Below are positions 43,551-52,176 of a DNA stretch of 64,000 bases, in pieces; position 1 is the first letter of the stretch; each line of letters opens with the position of its first letter. The notes beneath the pieces were generated by a model. That model was given only the letters and a program-made list of their open reading frames with translations. It did no database searches and was not told where the DNA came from. The stretch is from a virus (Duplodnaviria > Caudoviricetes). The stretch lies in IMG/VR virus record IMGVR_UViG_3300045747_000505. One strand, written 5' to 3'. The position numbers and the translations under genes are program-made.

Positions 43551-45302
43551 ATGAGCTACACACCACAGATCCTAGAAGCGTTTGACAAGTTTGGGTTCAA
43601 ACCGCGCGACCGACAGGTCGAACACATTCAACGGATTGTGGGCGCCTTTCTCGATGACGGGATGCGCCATGTCATTTTGTCGGCGCCAACGGGCACGGGC
43701 AAGTCGATCATCGGCGTCGTCACAGCTGAAGTGGTTCACTCAATCAAGAACCCACATCAACCGGCGAATGCCGGTTTCTTGTTGACTGCGACGAACGCAC
43801 TTGGACAGCAATACCACGACTCGTTCTCCAACAAGGATGATCCGCGGGACACCACCTTCCGCTTCATCAAGGGCGCAGGCAACTATGCGTGTTCAGCTCT
43901 TACGACGGATGACGAACCGCAGACTGCCGAGAACTGCTCGCTTCGCCTGTTTCAGAAGACGGGCATGGATCAGCTCATCGCCGAACACTGCAATCGCTGC
44001 GAGTTCCAGACGAACAGAATGCTGCGTGACAAGAGCAGGATGTTGGCGACCAACTACAGCTACTACTTCACCGATCGCCTGGCGATGGAGCTGCTCGCGC
44101 ATCGCACCGTCTGCGTCTTCGACGAAGCGCACCTGCTCAACGACCTCTACACCGATCACTGCGCAGTTCAGTTCACCGAGAAGGGGTTGATGCTGACGGC
44201 GCAGGAGGTCACCGACAATCTGCAGCTTGGTCCCACTGACCTGTTCAAGCAGCTCAAGATGGTGACGAGCCACCTCGCACACGAGAAGATCGACGACAAC
44301 AGCTACATGACCTACGTGCGCGTGCTGGCGGACATCTACACGCAGATCGGCGAGGAGGCGCAGCTTCAGGCGGAGCGCAACGTTCGTCAGCCAGCCAAGT
44401 ACCTCAAGCTGACGAAGCTCAGTCGCAAGTACGTCGGGCGCGCTGGCAAGATCCTCGACCTGCTCGAGCACGAGTACCCACACGTCTTCGAGTACAAGCC
44501 GAAGAATCCGAAGACGGGTCAGGCGGATCACGAGGTCACGGTCAAGCCGATCTTCGTCTCGAGCATGTTCGAGAAGCTCTGCAACGCCGACCACAACCTG
44601 CTCATGTCAGCGACGATCAGCGAGCAGTACGCCAAGCGCACGCTGACGCTGGAGCCGAGCGACAAGGTTCGGCACATTCGCCTTGAACCTCAGTTCCCAC
44701 GTGAGAACAAGAAGGTAGTCTTCTTCAAGCCGATGTCGCTCAACTACACGTCGATGAAGGATCCTGAGACCGTCAAGAAGCTGTGCGGTCACGCCTTTCA
44801 GATCACGAAGCATCACTTCGACAAGGGCGAGCGTGGCATCATTCTGGCGCCGTCGTTCGCCATCGTCGAGTCGATTGCTGGCACGCTGCGCGGTGCGCTG
44901 CCGCGTGGAGTGCGCGTGTTCGAGCACGTGCGTGGTGAGAAGCTTGTTGACTGGGTTGATGCGTTCAAGAGCTACAGCGGCGGTCCCGCCGTGCTGCTGA
45001 CACCATCAGGGTTCGAGGGTCTTGACTTGCCTGGTGAGCTCAGTCGCTTCACGATCATCGTCAAGGCGCCCTTCGCCTCGCTCGGTGATCGGCGCATCAA
45101 GGTCATTCTCGACACCTACCCAGACATCTACTCGCTCACCGCGCTGATGAAGATCGTTCAGGGTGGTGGGCGCAGCGTTCGCTCAATGGAGGACCACGCC
45201 GTGACCTACATGCTCGATCAAGGCATTCAACGGCTGTGGACGGCGAAGAACAACGAGTGGAGCGACGAGTTCGCCACCTCGTTCTCGTCCCAATTGACGT
45301 GA
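43551..45302 (+). CDS. DinG/YoaA-like superfamily 2 helicase
   Basis: Q motif PRDRQ, Walker A APTGTGKS, DEAH, LMSATI, EGLDLPG, QGGGRSVRS. Confidence 0.85.
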   Translation: MSYTPQILEAFDKFGFKPRDRQVEHIQRIVGAFLDDGMRHVILSAPTGTGKSIIGVVTAEVVHSIKNPHQPANAGFLLTATNALGQQYHDSFSNKDDPRDTTFRFIKGAGNYACSALTTDDEPQTAENCSLRLFQKTGMDQLIAEHCNRCEFQTNRMLRDKSRMLATNYSYYFTDRLAMELLAHRTVCVFDEAHLLNDLYTDHCAVQFTEKGLMLTAQEVTDNLQLGPTDLFKQLKMVTSHLAHEKIDDNSYMTYVRVLADIYTQIGEEAQLQAERNVRQPAKYLKLTKLSRKYVGRAGKILDLLEHEYPHVFEYKPKNPKTGQADHEVTVKPIFVSSMFEKLCNADHNLLMSATISEQYAKRTLTLEPSDKVRHIRLEPQFPRENKKVVFFKPMSLNYTSMKDPETVKKLCGHAFQITKHHFDKGERGIILAPSFAIVESIAGTLRGALPRGVRVFEHVRGEKLVDWVDAFKSYSGGPAVLLTPSGFEGLDLPGELSRFTIIVKAPFASLGDRRIKVILDTYPDIYSLTALMKIVQGGGRSVRSMEDHAVTYMLDQGIQRLWTAKNNEWSDEFATSFSSQLT

Positions 45303-45440
45303 GTACACGGGGTTCGATTCAGTGTAGAATCACCCCATGACATTACGCTTCAATCCCGTCGATCTCACTTTCAATCGCAGTTGGGGTGGCGGGTATGAAC
45401 CGCGTGATGAACTGCCTTTCAACACAACCAAGGATCCTAA

Positions 45441-45770
45441 ATGGTCATTCGCACTCGAGACTCAGCCGAACTCATCACTGAACCCATTCACGCCTCGGAC
45501 AATCCCCGAGGTAGTCGAACCCACCTCGTTCGACTGACCGACGAGCAGGTCGACCTCATCGGCGCGTTCGCCGCGCTGACCGGAATGGGCCAAGGCCTCT
45601 ATCAGCAGGCGATGAGCGGCTTCCACGACATTCTGGAGTCGATCACCGACGATCCGGACTACCCACTCTACGCGTGCGACGTCGTTCAACTGACCGTCGA
45701 CTACCACTCGGCCGATGGGCACACGCTCTATCAGGTCATCGCCACCGACTGCATCACGATCAACGTATGA
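45441..45770 (+). CDS. Hypothetical protein
   Basis: RBS AAGGA before ATG 45441. Confidence 0.65.
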   Translation: MVIRTRDSAELITEPIHASDNPRGSRTHLVRLTDEQVDLIGAFAALTGMGQGLYQQAMSGFHDILESITDDPDYPLYACDVVQLTVDYHSADGHTLYQVIATDCITINV

Positions 45771-45997
45771 ACCTCTTTCCTATCCCTGAAGACGTCGCCT
45801 ACGAGCTCGGTCGCACTGACATCGACTACGACTGCGACGATGTGCCACGGCTGAACCGTGTCTGCAAGCTCTGCGGTGCCGACGGCCTGATGTGGGTTCG
45901 GCATGAGCTCGAGGCTGGCAGCGGCTGGGTCCTCGCCTACTCGTACGGTCCGCTCGCCAACAAGCTGCACGCCTGCGAATCGAAGTACCGCCCATGA
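45767..45997 (+). CDS. Small possible Zn-ribbon protein
   Basis: CKLCG...HAC; ATGA coupling. Confidence 0.55.
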   Translation: MNLFPIPEDVAYELGRTDIDYDCDDVPRLNRVCKLCGADGLMWVRHELEAGSGWVLAYSYGPLANKLHACESKYRP

Positions 45998-46497
45998 GCT
46001 ACGCCACTCTGACCGAAGCGCAGCAGCGCAAGTTCGCCAAGCGGCTGGTGATGCGGCGCAGCGCTCACGTCGAGTGGGTTCGCGAGGGCTACATCGACGA
46101 GTGGCGCGACATTCTGATCGTTGGTGATCAGCCTGGACCACGCGCTCCGGACAACGTCGAGTATCATCACACGCCGTTCTACTCGAAGCTCTACAGCGGC
46201 GGGTGGTTGAACGAGCAGCTCGTGCTGAACGACATCGCTGAAGATCGACTGATGTGGATCAACTCCGCCAGCAAGGCCGGCTACCCAGCGCCGCCCGACA
46301 TTCTCAAGGCCAAGAAGTGGACCGCCGTCATCGCCCTCGGCAACAACGCCTATCACTGGGTGCATCTGCACGGCATGGTCGAGGCCATCAAGGTCTCGCA
46401 CCCACAGTTCCACAAGCGGTTCAAGGCCGCCGAGCGCTACGTCCTCCTCGACGTGCTTGAAGGTCTAACCAAGGTGCAGGTCGAAGCCGTCGGCTAA
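45994..46497 (+). CDS. Uracil-DNA-glycosylase-superfamily fold protein
   Basis: ILIVGDQPG, WINS, VIALGNNA and HPQF match the UDG-family pattern VG..PG / N / VIALG..A / HP. Confidence 0.6.
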   Translation: MSYATLTEAQQRKFAKRLVMRRSAHVEWVREGYIDEWRDILIVGDQPGPRAPDNVEYHHTPFYSKLYSGGWLNEQLVLNDIAEDRLMWINSASKAGYPAPPDILKAKKWTAVIALGNNAYHWVHLHGMVEAIKVSHPQFHKRFKAAERYVLLDVLEGLTKVQVEAVG

Positions 46498-46534
46498 GGT
46501 GATACAATGAAGCCTACCACTCAACGGAGGCTTC

Positions 46535-47182
46535 ATGATTCCACAGTTCAATCGTCCCACCCTCGTCACTATCACCGGCCCAACCTGCTCAGGCAAGACC
46601 TTTCTGCGCGAGCGAGCCGAAAGCCGCTACGGTTGGAACCGCATCGTCTCGACCACCACTCGCCCAATGCGAGATGGTGAGGTCGAAGGCGTTGACTACT
46701 ACTTCATCTCTGAAGAGCAGTCGCGCAGCCTCGAAGCTGGTGGCCAGCTTGCTGAGCTCGTCGAGTTTCGTGGTGTTCGCTACGGCGTGACCGTCGCTGA
46801 GATGCACACCAAGTTCAATCGCGGCAACGCCGTCGCCACCGTCATTCTTGAGCCGAACGGCCTCGTTCAGTACCGCAAGCTCTGTCAAGAGCAGGGCGTC
46901 GACGTCTTCTCGATCTATGTGCACGTGGTCGAGGAGCAGCTGCTCGGTCGGCTACACTGGCGCGCGATGGCCGACGAGGAGCTTCGGTCGCCTGAGAACA
47001 TCGCCGGCATTCGCAAAGCCTACGAGGATCGCAAGAACTCGATCAAGGGCGAGGAGCGTCGTTGGCTCAACACCAACATCTGGAATGCGATCGTGCCAGG
47101 CGACGACGTCTTCAAGGCGATGGACATGATCGAGCTCGGCATTCAGTGGCACAATCGTCGCAACGAACAAGTCGCAGCCTAA
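46535..47182 (+). CDS. Guanylate-kinase-like nucleoside monophosphate kinase
   Basis: GPTCSGKT P-loop; VSTTTRPMRDGEVEGVDYYF; YGV. Confidence 0.88.
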   Translation: MIPQFNRPTLVTITGPTCSGKTFLRERAESRYGWNRIVSTTTRPMRDGEVEGVDYYFISEEQSRSLEAGGQLAELVEFRGVRYGVTVAEMHTKFNRGNAVATVILEPNGLVQYRKLCQEQGVDVFSIYVHVVEEQLLGRLHWRAMADEELRSPENIAGIRKAYEDRKNSIKGEERRWLNTNIWNAIVPGDDVFKAMDMIELGIQWHNRRNEQVAA

Positions 47183-47191
47183 GGAGACACC

Positions 47192-47815
47192 ATGATCAAC
47201 GTTGACCTCGCCCGTACTTGCATCACCAAGCAGCTCGCCGCTCTTGACCGCCTCTACTCGGTCATCACCACCGACACCTACGCCGAGCTGCTTGAGGTCG
47301 TCATCAACACGGCTGGCTACACCTCTCGCAATCTGCTCATCGCTGGCGTTGGCAAGAACGCCGCCGTCGCCTCCAAGGTCGCCGACACCTTCTCAAGCCT
47401 GGGCATCCGAGCCTTTGCGCTCAACGTTTCGCATTTGGGTCACGGTGACTACGGTCGCATCGGCGTGCAGGACGCCATCATTCACCTGTCGCGCTCTGGC
47501 AAGACGCGCGAGATGCTTGAGGCCATCGAGCACATCAAGCTCATTCGTCCGTGGTGCTATCAAGCGCTGGTGCACTGCAACCCGCAGATCTACAAGCCAG
47601 CGCACCTCAACCTCGAGCTCTGCCTTGGCAGAGTCGAGGAGGCCGACGAGCACGGGCTCGCACCAACCTCAACGACAACGGCGCTCCTCTGCCTGATGGA
47701 TACAATAGCAGTTCAGGCCAGTCATGATCTCGCCTTCACACGGCTTGACTTTTTGAAGAACCATCCAGACGGAGCGCTCGGCGCCCTGTTGAAGGCCGAG
47801 CAGGAGGCATCATGA
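47192..47815 (+). CDS. SIS-domain sugar-phosphate isomerase (KdsD/GutQ arabinose-5-phosphate isomerase-like, no CBS domains)
   Basis: GVGKNAAVASKVADTFSSLG, HGDYG.I, SRSGKTRE, APTSTTT, DF..NHPDG.LG. Confidence 0.88.
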   Translation: MINVDLARTCITKQLAALDRLYSVITTDTYAELLEVVINTAGYTSRNLLIAGVGKNAAVASKVADTFSSLGIRAFALNVSHLGHGDYGRIGVQDAIIHLSRSGKTREMLEAIEHIKLIRPWCYQALVHCNPQIYKPAHLNLELCLGRVEEADEHGLAPTSTTTALLCLMDTIAVQASHDLAFTRLDFLKNHPDGALGALLKAEQEAS

Positions 47816-47986
47816 TTTGCATCAAGTGCGGGAAGTCGATGTTCGAGATTTGTGGATTCCTTACTCGCGTGAATGACAAGGGCGAGAACGGTATCTGGGA
47901 ATGCAGTCCGTCGTGCAATGCTGAGCTCACACAAGAGCAAGCGCTGCTTGCTGCAATCGAAGGACCTGAGCAGGAGGCATCATGAT
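47798..47986 (+). repeat. 19-nt direct repeat GAGCAGGAGGCATCATGAT flanking a 57-codon ORF
   Basis: Identical copies at 47798-47816 and 47968-47986. Confidence 0.9.
47812..47985 (+). CDS. Small Cys-rich (possible Zn-finger) protein, not in the ORF track
   Basis: RBS AGGAGG; MICIKCG...WECSPSC; 57 aa. Confidence 0.6.
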   Translation: MICIKCGKSMFEICGFLTRVNDKGENGIWECSPSCNAELTQEQALLAAIEGPEQEAS

Positions 47987-48167
47987 CTACGCAACACTAG
48001 AGACCGAGCACGGCGAGCGCAGCGTTCACCTCATTCACGGGAACGCCGAGATCGGCATCATCTCGAACGAAGGCGGTGAGTACGCGTTCTACGCGCACGA
48101 CACCACCCCACTCACGATTGACCTGCTCGAGTGCATCATCAACTTTCTACGGACACTCAACGTATGA
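47982..48167 (+). CDS. Small hypothetical protein
   Basis: RBS AGGAGG; ATGA coupling. Confidence 0.65.
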   Translation: MIYATLETEHGERSVHLIHGNAEIGIISNEGGEYAFYAHDTTPLTIDLLECIINFLRTLNV

Positions 48168-49819
48168 CCCACCTCGTTATCGTCGCCGGCGGCCTCGCCT
48201 CTCGACTGGCGCCGCTCACCAACTACATGCCGAAATTCTTCGTGAACATCGGCAAGGAGACCGGCTACGTCGAGATGCTGCGCTACTGGACGTCGCAGAT
48301 CGACTTTCACTGGCCTGATTCGACAGACCTCACCGAGGACGAGATCGCTGAGTTTCGCGCCAACACGCCGACGCTCACCGTCATCGTGCACTCGAAGTAC
48401 GTGTCGATGGTCGCCGAGTATCACAAGATCTACTTTCCGAAGCTGCCACTCCTCATCAAGACGGTCGACGAAGCCAACGGCTCAGCACACGCCATTCTCT
48501 CGACGTGCTCGCACCTCGACGGCAAGCCAGTGCTGTTCACGTGGTGTGACGTCATTCCAGTCGACCCACTGCCGGTCTTCGACCTTGGTGAGATGTACCA
48601 CGGCTCCAACGTCGTCTTCACCAACTACAACGCCTCCAATCGCTACGAGCTCGTGCGCACTGGCAAGGGCTGGGCTGACGTCAAGCCAGCGCTGAGCCCA
48701 ATCGAGCGTGGCGGCATCTTCGGCCTGTACTACGTCGACAAGTTCCGCACCAATGCCGACTTCAAGCCAGGTCAGGACTTCGTCGAGGTCATCGAGCAGT
48801 ATGGTCCCATTCGCGAGCATCGCCTCGACCGCATCGTCGACTTCGGCGACCTGCCAAAGCTCGAGCGCGTGCGCGACACCGCTGACGCTGGTCGCAGCTT
48901 CAACAGCATCGAGTTCGTCGGCGACTACGTGAAGAAGACGGCGCTCAACGAGCAGGGCATGAAGGTCATTGGCGGCGAGCTGCTGTGGTATCGCAAGCAC
49001 GCCGAGATGGTGCCGAACCCAGACAATCGCCTGCCAGTGCCGAAGGTCTGGATCTCGCCGGACGAGGACAGTCTGTTCATGACGCGTGCCAAGGGTACGC
49101 CGATCTGGCAAGCGTGGCCGAAGCTGAGCCCAGTCGATCGCCTTCACGTGCTGACGCAGCTCGTTGGCGCCAGTGAGCGCACGTTCGAGGCGACCGAGTT
49201 CGACGTACGGCTTGATCGTGCGCTGACAGACGTGCGCATCGAAACGCTGACCAAGCTGCAGAATCGCTACAACGAGATTCGCGGCATCATCGACGCCTTC
49301 GGTCCAGTCAGCATGGTCAACGGCGTTCGCCTCACGCACTCGCCAGAGCAGATGTTCACGCTGCTGCACGCCGCGCTTGAAAGCTTCTACACGAGGACGC
49401 CAGCATCGTATGGTTTGATTCACGGTGATCTGCAGCTCAGCAACTCGCTGGTCGATCTTGAGACGATGAAGGTCTCCATCATCGATCCACGCGGCTACTT
49501 CGGCGAGACGAAGGTCGTCGGGCTTCAAGACTACGATCGCGCCAAGCTGTTCTACTCACTGTCGGGCTACGACACGTTCAACTACGACCGCAAGTTCTGC
49601 ATCAACAAGGTTCTCGACGAGATCGAGTTTGACATTCGGCCGCTGGACTTTGAAGGCATCGAGGACTTCGTACAGGCGAACTTTGGTCTTGAGCACGAGC
49701 TGTGGCTGGCGGTGATTTGGATCGCGCTTGGTCAGTACATCAAGAACGATCCGATCAAGGCGATCGCCGCGCACTATCACGGCATGACCCTTGGCGAGAA
49801 GGTTCTCGCTAGCCTATGA
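48164..49819 (+). CDS. Fused sugar-phosphate nucleotidyltransferase + APH/choline-kinase-like phosphotransferase
   Basis: N-terminal IVAGGLASRLAPLT..MPK, NGSAHAI, TWCDVI. C-terminal HGDLQLSN and IIDPRGYFG (Brenner-type motifs). Confidence 0.85.
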   Translation: MTHLVIVAGGLASRLAPLTNYMPKFFVNIGKETGYVEMLRYWTSQIDFHWPDSTDLTEDEIAEFRANTPTLTVIVHSKYVSMVAEYHKIYFPKLPLLIKTVDEANGSAHAILSTCSHLDGKPVLFTWCDVIPVDPLPVFDLGEMYHGSNVVFTNYNASNRYELVRTGKGWADVKPALSPIERGGIFGLYYVDKFRTNADFKPGQDFVEVIEQYGPIREHRLDRIVDFGDLPKLERVRDTADAGRSFNSIEFVGDYVKKTALNEQGMKVIGGELLWYRKHAEMVPNPDNRLPVPKVWISPDEDSLFMTRAKGTPIWQAWPKLSPVDRLHVLTQLVGASERTFEATEFDVRLDRALTDVRIETLTKLQNRYNEIRGIIDAFGPVSMVNGVRLTHSPEQMFTLLHAALESFYTRTPASYGLIHGDLQLSNSLVDLETMKVSIIDPRGYFGETKVVGLQDYDRAKLFYSLSGYDTFNYDRKFCINKVLDEIEFDIRPLDFEGIEDFVQANFGLEHELWLAVIWIALGQYIKNDPIKAIAAHYHGMTLGEKVLASL

Positions 49820-50593
49820 TCACATGAAGCCGAGGGCTTCAGCGTTGAAGATGACTGCGCCGTGACTGGCAAGCGGATCGAGATACACGAACTGCTTGCC
49901 GCGCATGGCGAAGTTGTCCTCAGCGAAGTCAAGAGTGCCGCCGTGCTTCTTTGCGATGATGGCTATCTCCTTGAGCAGCCAAGCCGCTTTACCGGTCTCC
50001 TCGCTGACCTGCGAGATGTAGCGCATGAAGTCGAACTTGAGATTGCGCAGCTTCGAGTGCGCGTCAAGCACTACGGCAATGTTCTTGCTGTAGTTGTTGT
50101 CGAGCAAACCCTTCTCTGCGAGATCGCCAACGTATGAGGCGTCGAGCGTGTTCGCCACGTGCAGCGGAACGTTCGCAGCCTTGGCGGCTTCGGTCAGCGC
50201 AGCGAGAGCTGGATTGTGATTGAAGATCGACCAGTATGGAATGGCGTTGGTCTGGCTCAGCTTCTCCATCTGAACGTACTTGAGACGATTGCCAACCTTC
50301 TCACGAGCCTTGTCGCTGACCTTGAAGAACAGCGGCATCGTCTTGATCTTCGTGTAGTACTTCGGCAGCTCTGGCACCTTGGGATTGGCACGGCAGTAGT
50401 CGACCCACGCGTCGAAGCATGGGTCGTAGAGCCAGAACTTGTAGACGATCGTGCCGTTCGTGACGGCAACGGCGTTCGCGCCCGCACCCAGATAGCGCAG
50501 CTTACCCTTGCCCTGCCCGTCGAAGAGCTCATCGACGATGTCTGAGGCTGATTTGTCGGCGTACTTCTTGACGCCTAGAAGTTCTGTGAGCAT
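49820..50593 (-). CDS. Protein-kinase-like protein, late-expressed
   Basis: Gly loop LGAGANAV, VYKF, MEKL hinge, catalytic DFAEDN, LDP; TAAATAG at 50615-50621. Confidence 0.65.
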   Translation of the reverse strand: MLTELLGVKKYADKSASDIVDELFDGQGKGKLRYLGAGANAVAVTNGTIVYKFWLYDPCFDAWVDYCRANPKVPELPKYYTKIKTMPLFFKVSDKAREKVGNRLKYVQMEKLSQTNAIPYWSIFNHNPALAALTEAAKAANVPLHVANTLDASYVGDLAEKGLLDNNYSKNIAVVLDAHSKLRNLKFDFMRYISQVSEETGKAAWLLKEIAIIAKKHGGTLDFAEDNFAMRGKQFVYLDPLASHGAVIFNAEALGFM

Positions 50594-50630
50594 GCTGAAC
50601 CTGAGTTGATTTTTCTATTTACAGACAAGC

Positions 50631-50690
50631 GTAACAGACGAGGGACTGTTACGCTTTCGGGCAACCTGAAATCTAAAAGCGTGATAGAAT
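50631..50690 (+). promoter_or_regulatory. Early promoter
   Basis: GTAAC 50631, GTTAC 50648, TGA-TAGAAT 50685. Confidence 0.75.
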
Positions 50691-50719
50691 GGACACATCC
50701 AATCAAAAGGAACCCAATC

Positions 50720-51112
50720 ATGGCCCGCAAAACAGTCGCTCAACAACGTCAAGAAGAAGCCGCTCAACGCCTCGCCGAGTTTCAAGAGCTCGAGAAGACG
50801 CTGCCCAAGCAGCTCTTCGACCTTCAAGTGCGCGCCTCGAGGCTCAACTGGCTCACGATGCTGACGCTGTCCCCAGTTGGATACACCGTCGAGTTCCTCA
50901 ATGGAACGCACGACTCGCTGCTCACCGTCGAGATGCCACTGCGAATGGGAGACACCGAGCAGTGGCAGCTGGACGCCGTCGCCAACGTGCTGAAGACTCG
51001 CGAGGACGAGCTGGCTGAAGAAGCTGCCCGTCGCGAGCTGGCCAACACGGCTCTCGCCAAGCTGACCAAGGAAGAGCGCGCCGCACTGCGCCAACACTCC
51101 CACTTCCTCTGA
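50720..51112 (+). CDS. Early hypothetical protein
   Basis: RBS AAGGA with ATCATG. Confidence 0.7.
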   Translation: MARKTVAQQRQEEAAQRLAEFQELEKTLPKQLFDLQVRASRLNWLTMLTLSPVGYTVEFLNGTHDSLLTVEMPLRMGDTEQWQLDAVANVLKTREDELAEEAARRELANTALAKLTKEERAALRQHSHFL

Positions 51113-51120
51113 ACCGCACA

Positions 51121-51161
51121 CAATTCCTTATTTGCCTACTAATGCTATTAGAAGTGCGCTG
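51121..51161 (+). repeat. 41-bp AT-rich dispersed repeat, copy 2
   Basis: 39/41 identical to 7777-7817. Confidence 0.9.
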
Positions 51162-51193
51162 AGTGGTGTTAGTACGGCATCTCCTTTCATAGG

Positions 51194-51508
51194 GTGAAAA
51201 TGATCAATCTGAATCAGAAACCTGCCGAGGTCTTCAACCTCAAAGAAGGCGATCATGTCCTGCTCAATGGGATAGAATGCGTCATGTACTGTCAAGAGCT
51301 GACCAACGAGATCTTCTTCTCGACTGCGGACTCGCGCTTGGCTGAGTATCAAGCGCTTTGGGCTCACGGCGAGGGCCACAGTACTCGCTACACCGACTAC
51401 GTCCGCCACGCTCGCATCGGACGCCCTGCCGTCAATTCGCGCGCCGAGTTTCATCAAGCGCTGCTCAACGACCAAGTCGTCATCGACCCGCCGTTCATCG
51501 GCATCTAA
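51194..51508 (+). CDS. Hypothetical protein
   Basis: Fills the gap between genes; start is GTG 51194 or ATG 51200. Confidence 0.55.
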   Translation: MKMINLNQKPAEVFNLKEGDHVLLNGIECVMYCQELTNEIFFSTADSRLAEYQALWAHGEGHSTRYTDYVRHARIGRPAVNSRAEFHQALLNDQVVIDPPFIGI

Positions 51509-51517
51509 GGATTCCAC

Positions 51518-51964
51518 ATGTCTCTCCTCATTCGCATCAAGGCTGACCAACTTCAGGCTCGCAAGGGCAAGATGACCATGGTTGCCGCTCTGCTCACGAC
51601 CCTCATCGGCGAAGCCGAAGCCATCGGCAAGAACGCCGGCAACCGTGCCACGACCGATGACGAGGTCCTGGCCCTCATCGCCAAGTTCATCAAGAATCTC
51701 GACGAAACGATTCGTCTGCTTCCCGACACCGACGAGCGCAAGCTGTCGGCGATCTGTGAGCGCACCTGCCTCATGCAGTACCAGCCACGGCAGCTGACCG
51801 AGGCCGAGCTGAAGGACCACGTGCGCGCCATTCACGCCGGCCTGCTCGGCATGCAAGCCAAGGCTTCGATGGGCGACATCATAGGCGTGCTCAAGTCGCG
51901 CTTCGGCGGTCAGTACGACGGCAAGCTCGCTTCGGCCATCGTCAAGGCGGAGCTGGCATCATGA
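51518..51964 (+). CDS. GatB/YqeY domain protein
   Basis: L..RIK.D...ARK.K....L.TL.GE......TDDEV...I.K.IK...E, QYQPRQLTE.EL, MGDIIG.LK....G.YDGK..S.IVK. Confidence 0.85.
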   Translation: MSLLIRIKADQLQARKGKMTMVAALLTTLIGEAEAIGKNAGNRATTDDEVLALIAKFIKNLDETIRLLPDTDERKLSAICERTCLMQYQPRQLTEAELKDHVRAIHAGLLGMQAKASMGDIIGVLKSRFGGQYDGKLASAIVKAELAS

Positions 51965-52176
51965 GATTTCACGACATCACCGGTCAGGGCATGATCGACG
52001 TTGACGAGATCGCCTTCGTCGGCGTCGTGCTGACCGACGAGCGGACCTACATCAACTGGCCGTACTCCATCGTGATTCGCCTGCGCGCCACCGACTCGAT
52101 CATTCTGTCCTTCAAGGACAAGGGCGACGCAATCGAGGCCCGCCGAAGCCTTATCACAGCCTGGGGTGATGTATGA
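51961..52176 (+). CDS. Small hypothetical protein
   Basis: ATGA coupling on both sides. Confidence 0.6.
   Translation: MRFHDITGQGMIDVDEIAFVGVVLTDERTYINWPYSIVIRLRATDSIILSFKDKGDAIEARRSLITAWGDV

Noticed and set aside
45305-45330. GGTTCGATTC tRNA T-loop-like sequence
   Set aside because: No acceptor, D or anticodon arms. It is a short hairpin within a promoter (TAGAAT at 45325).
45337-45537. Possible leaderless 66-aa ORF
   Set aside because: Overlaps the well-supported 45441 ORF by 97 nt in another frame and has weak codon bias, so it was left uncalled.
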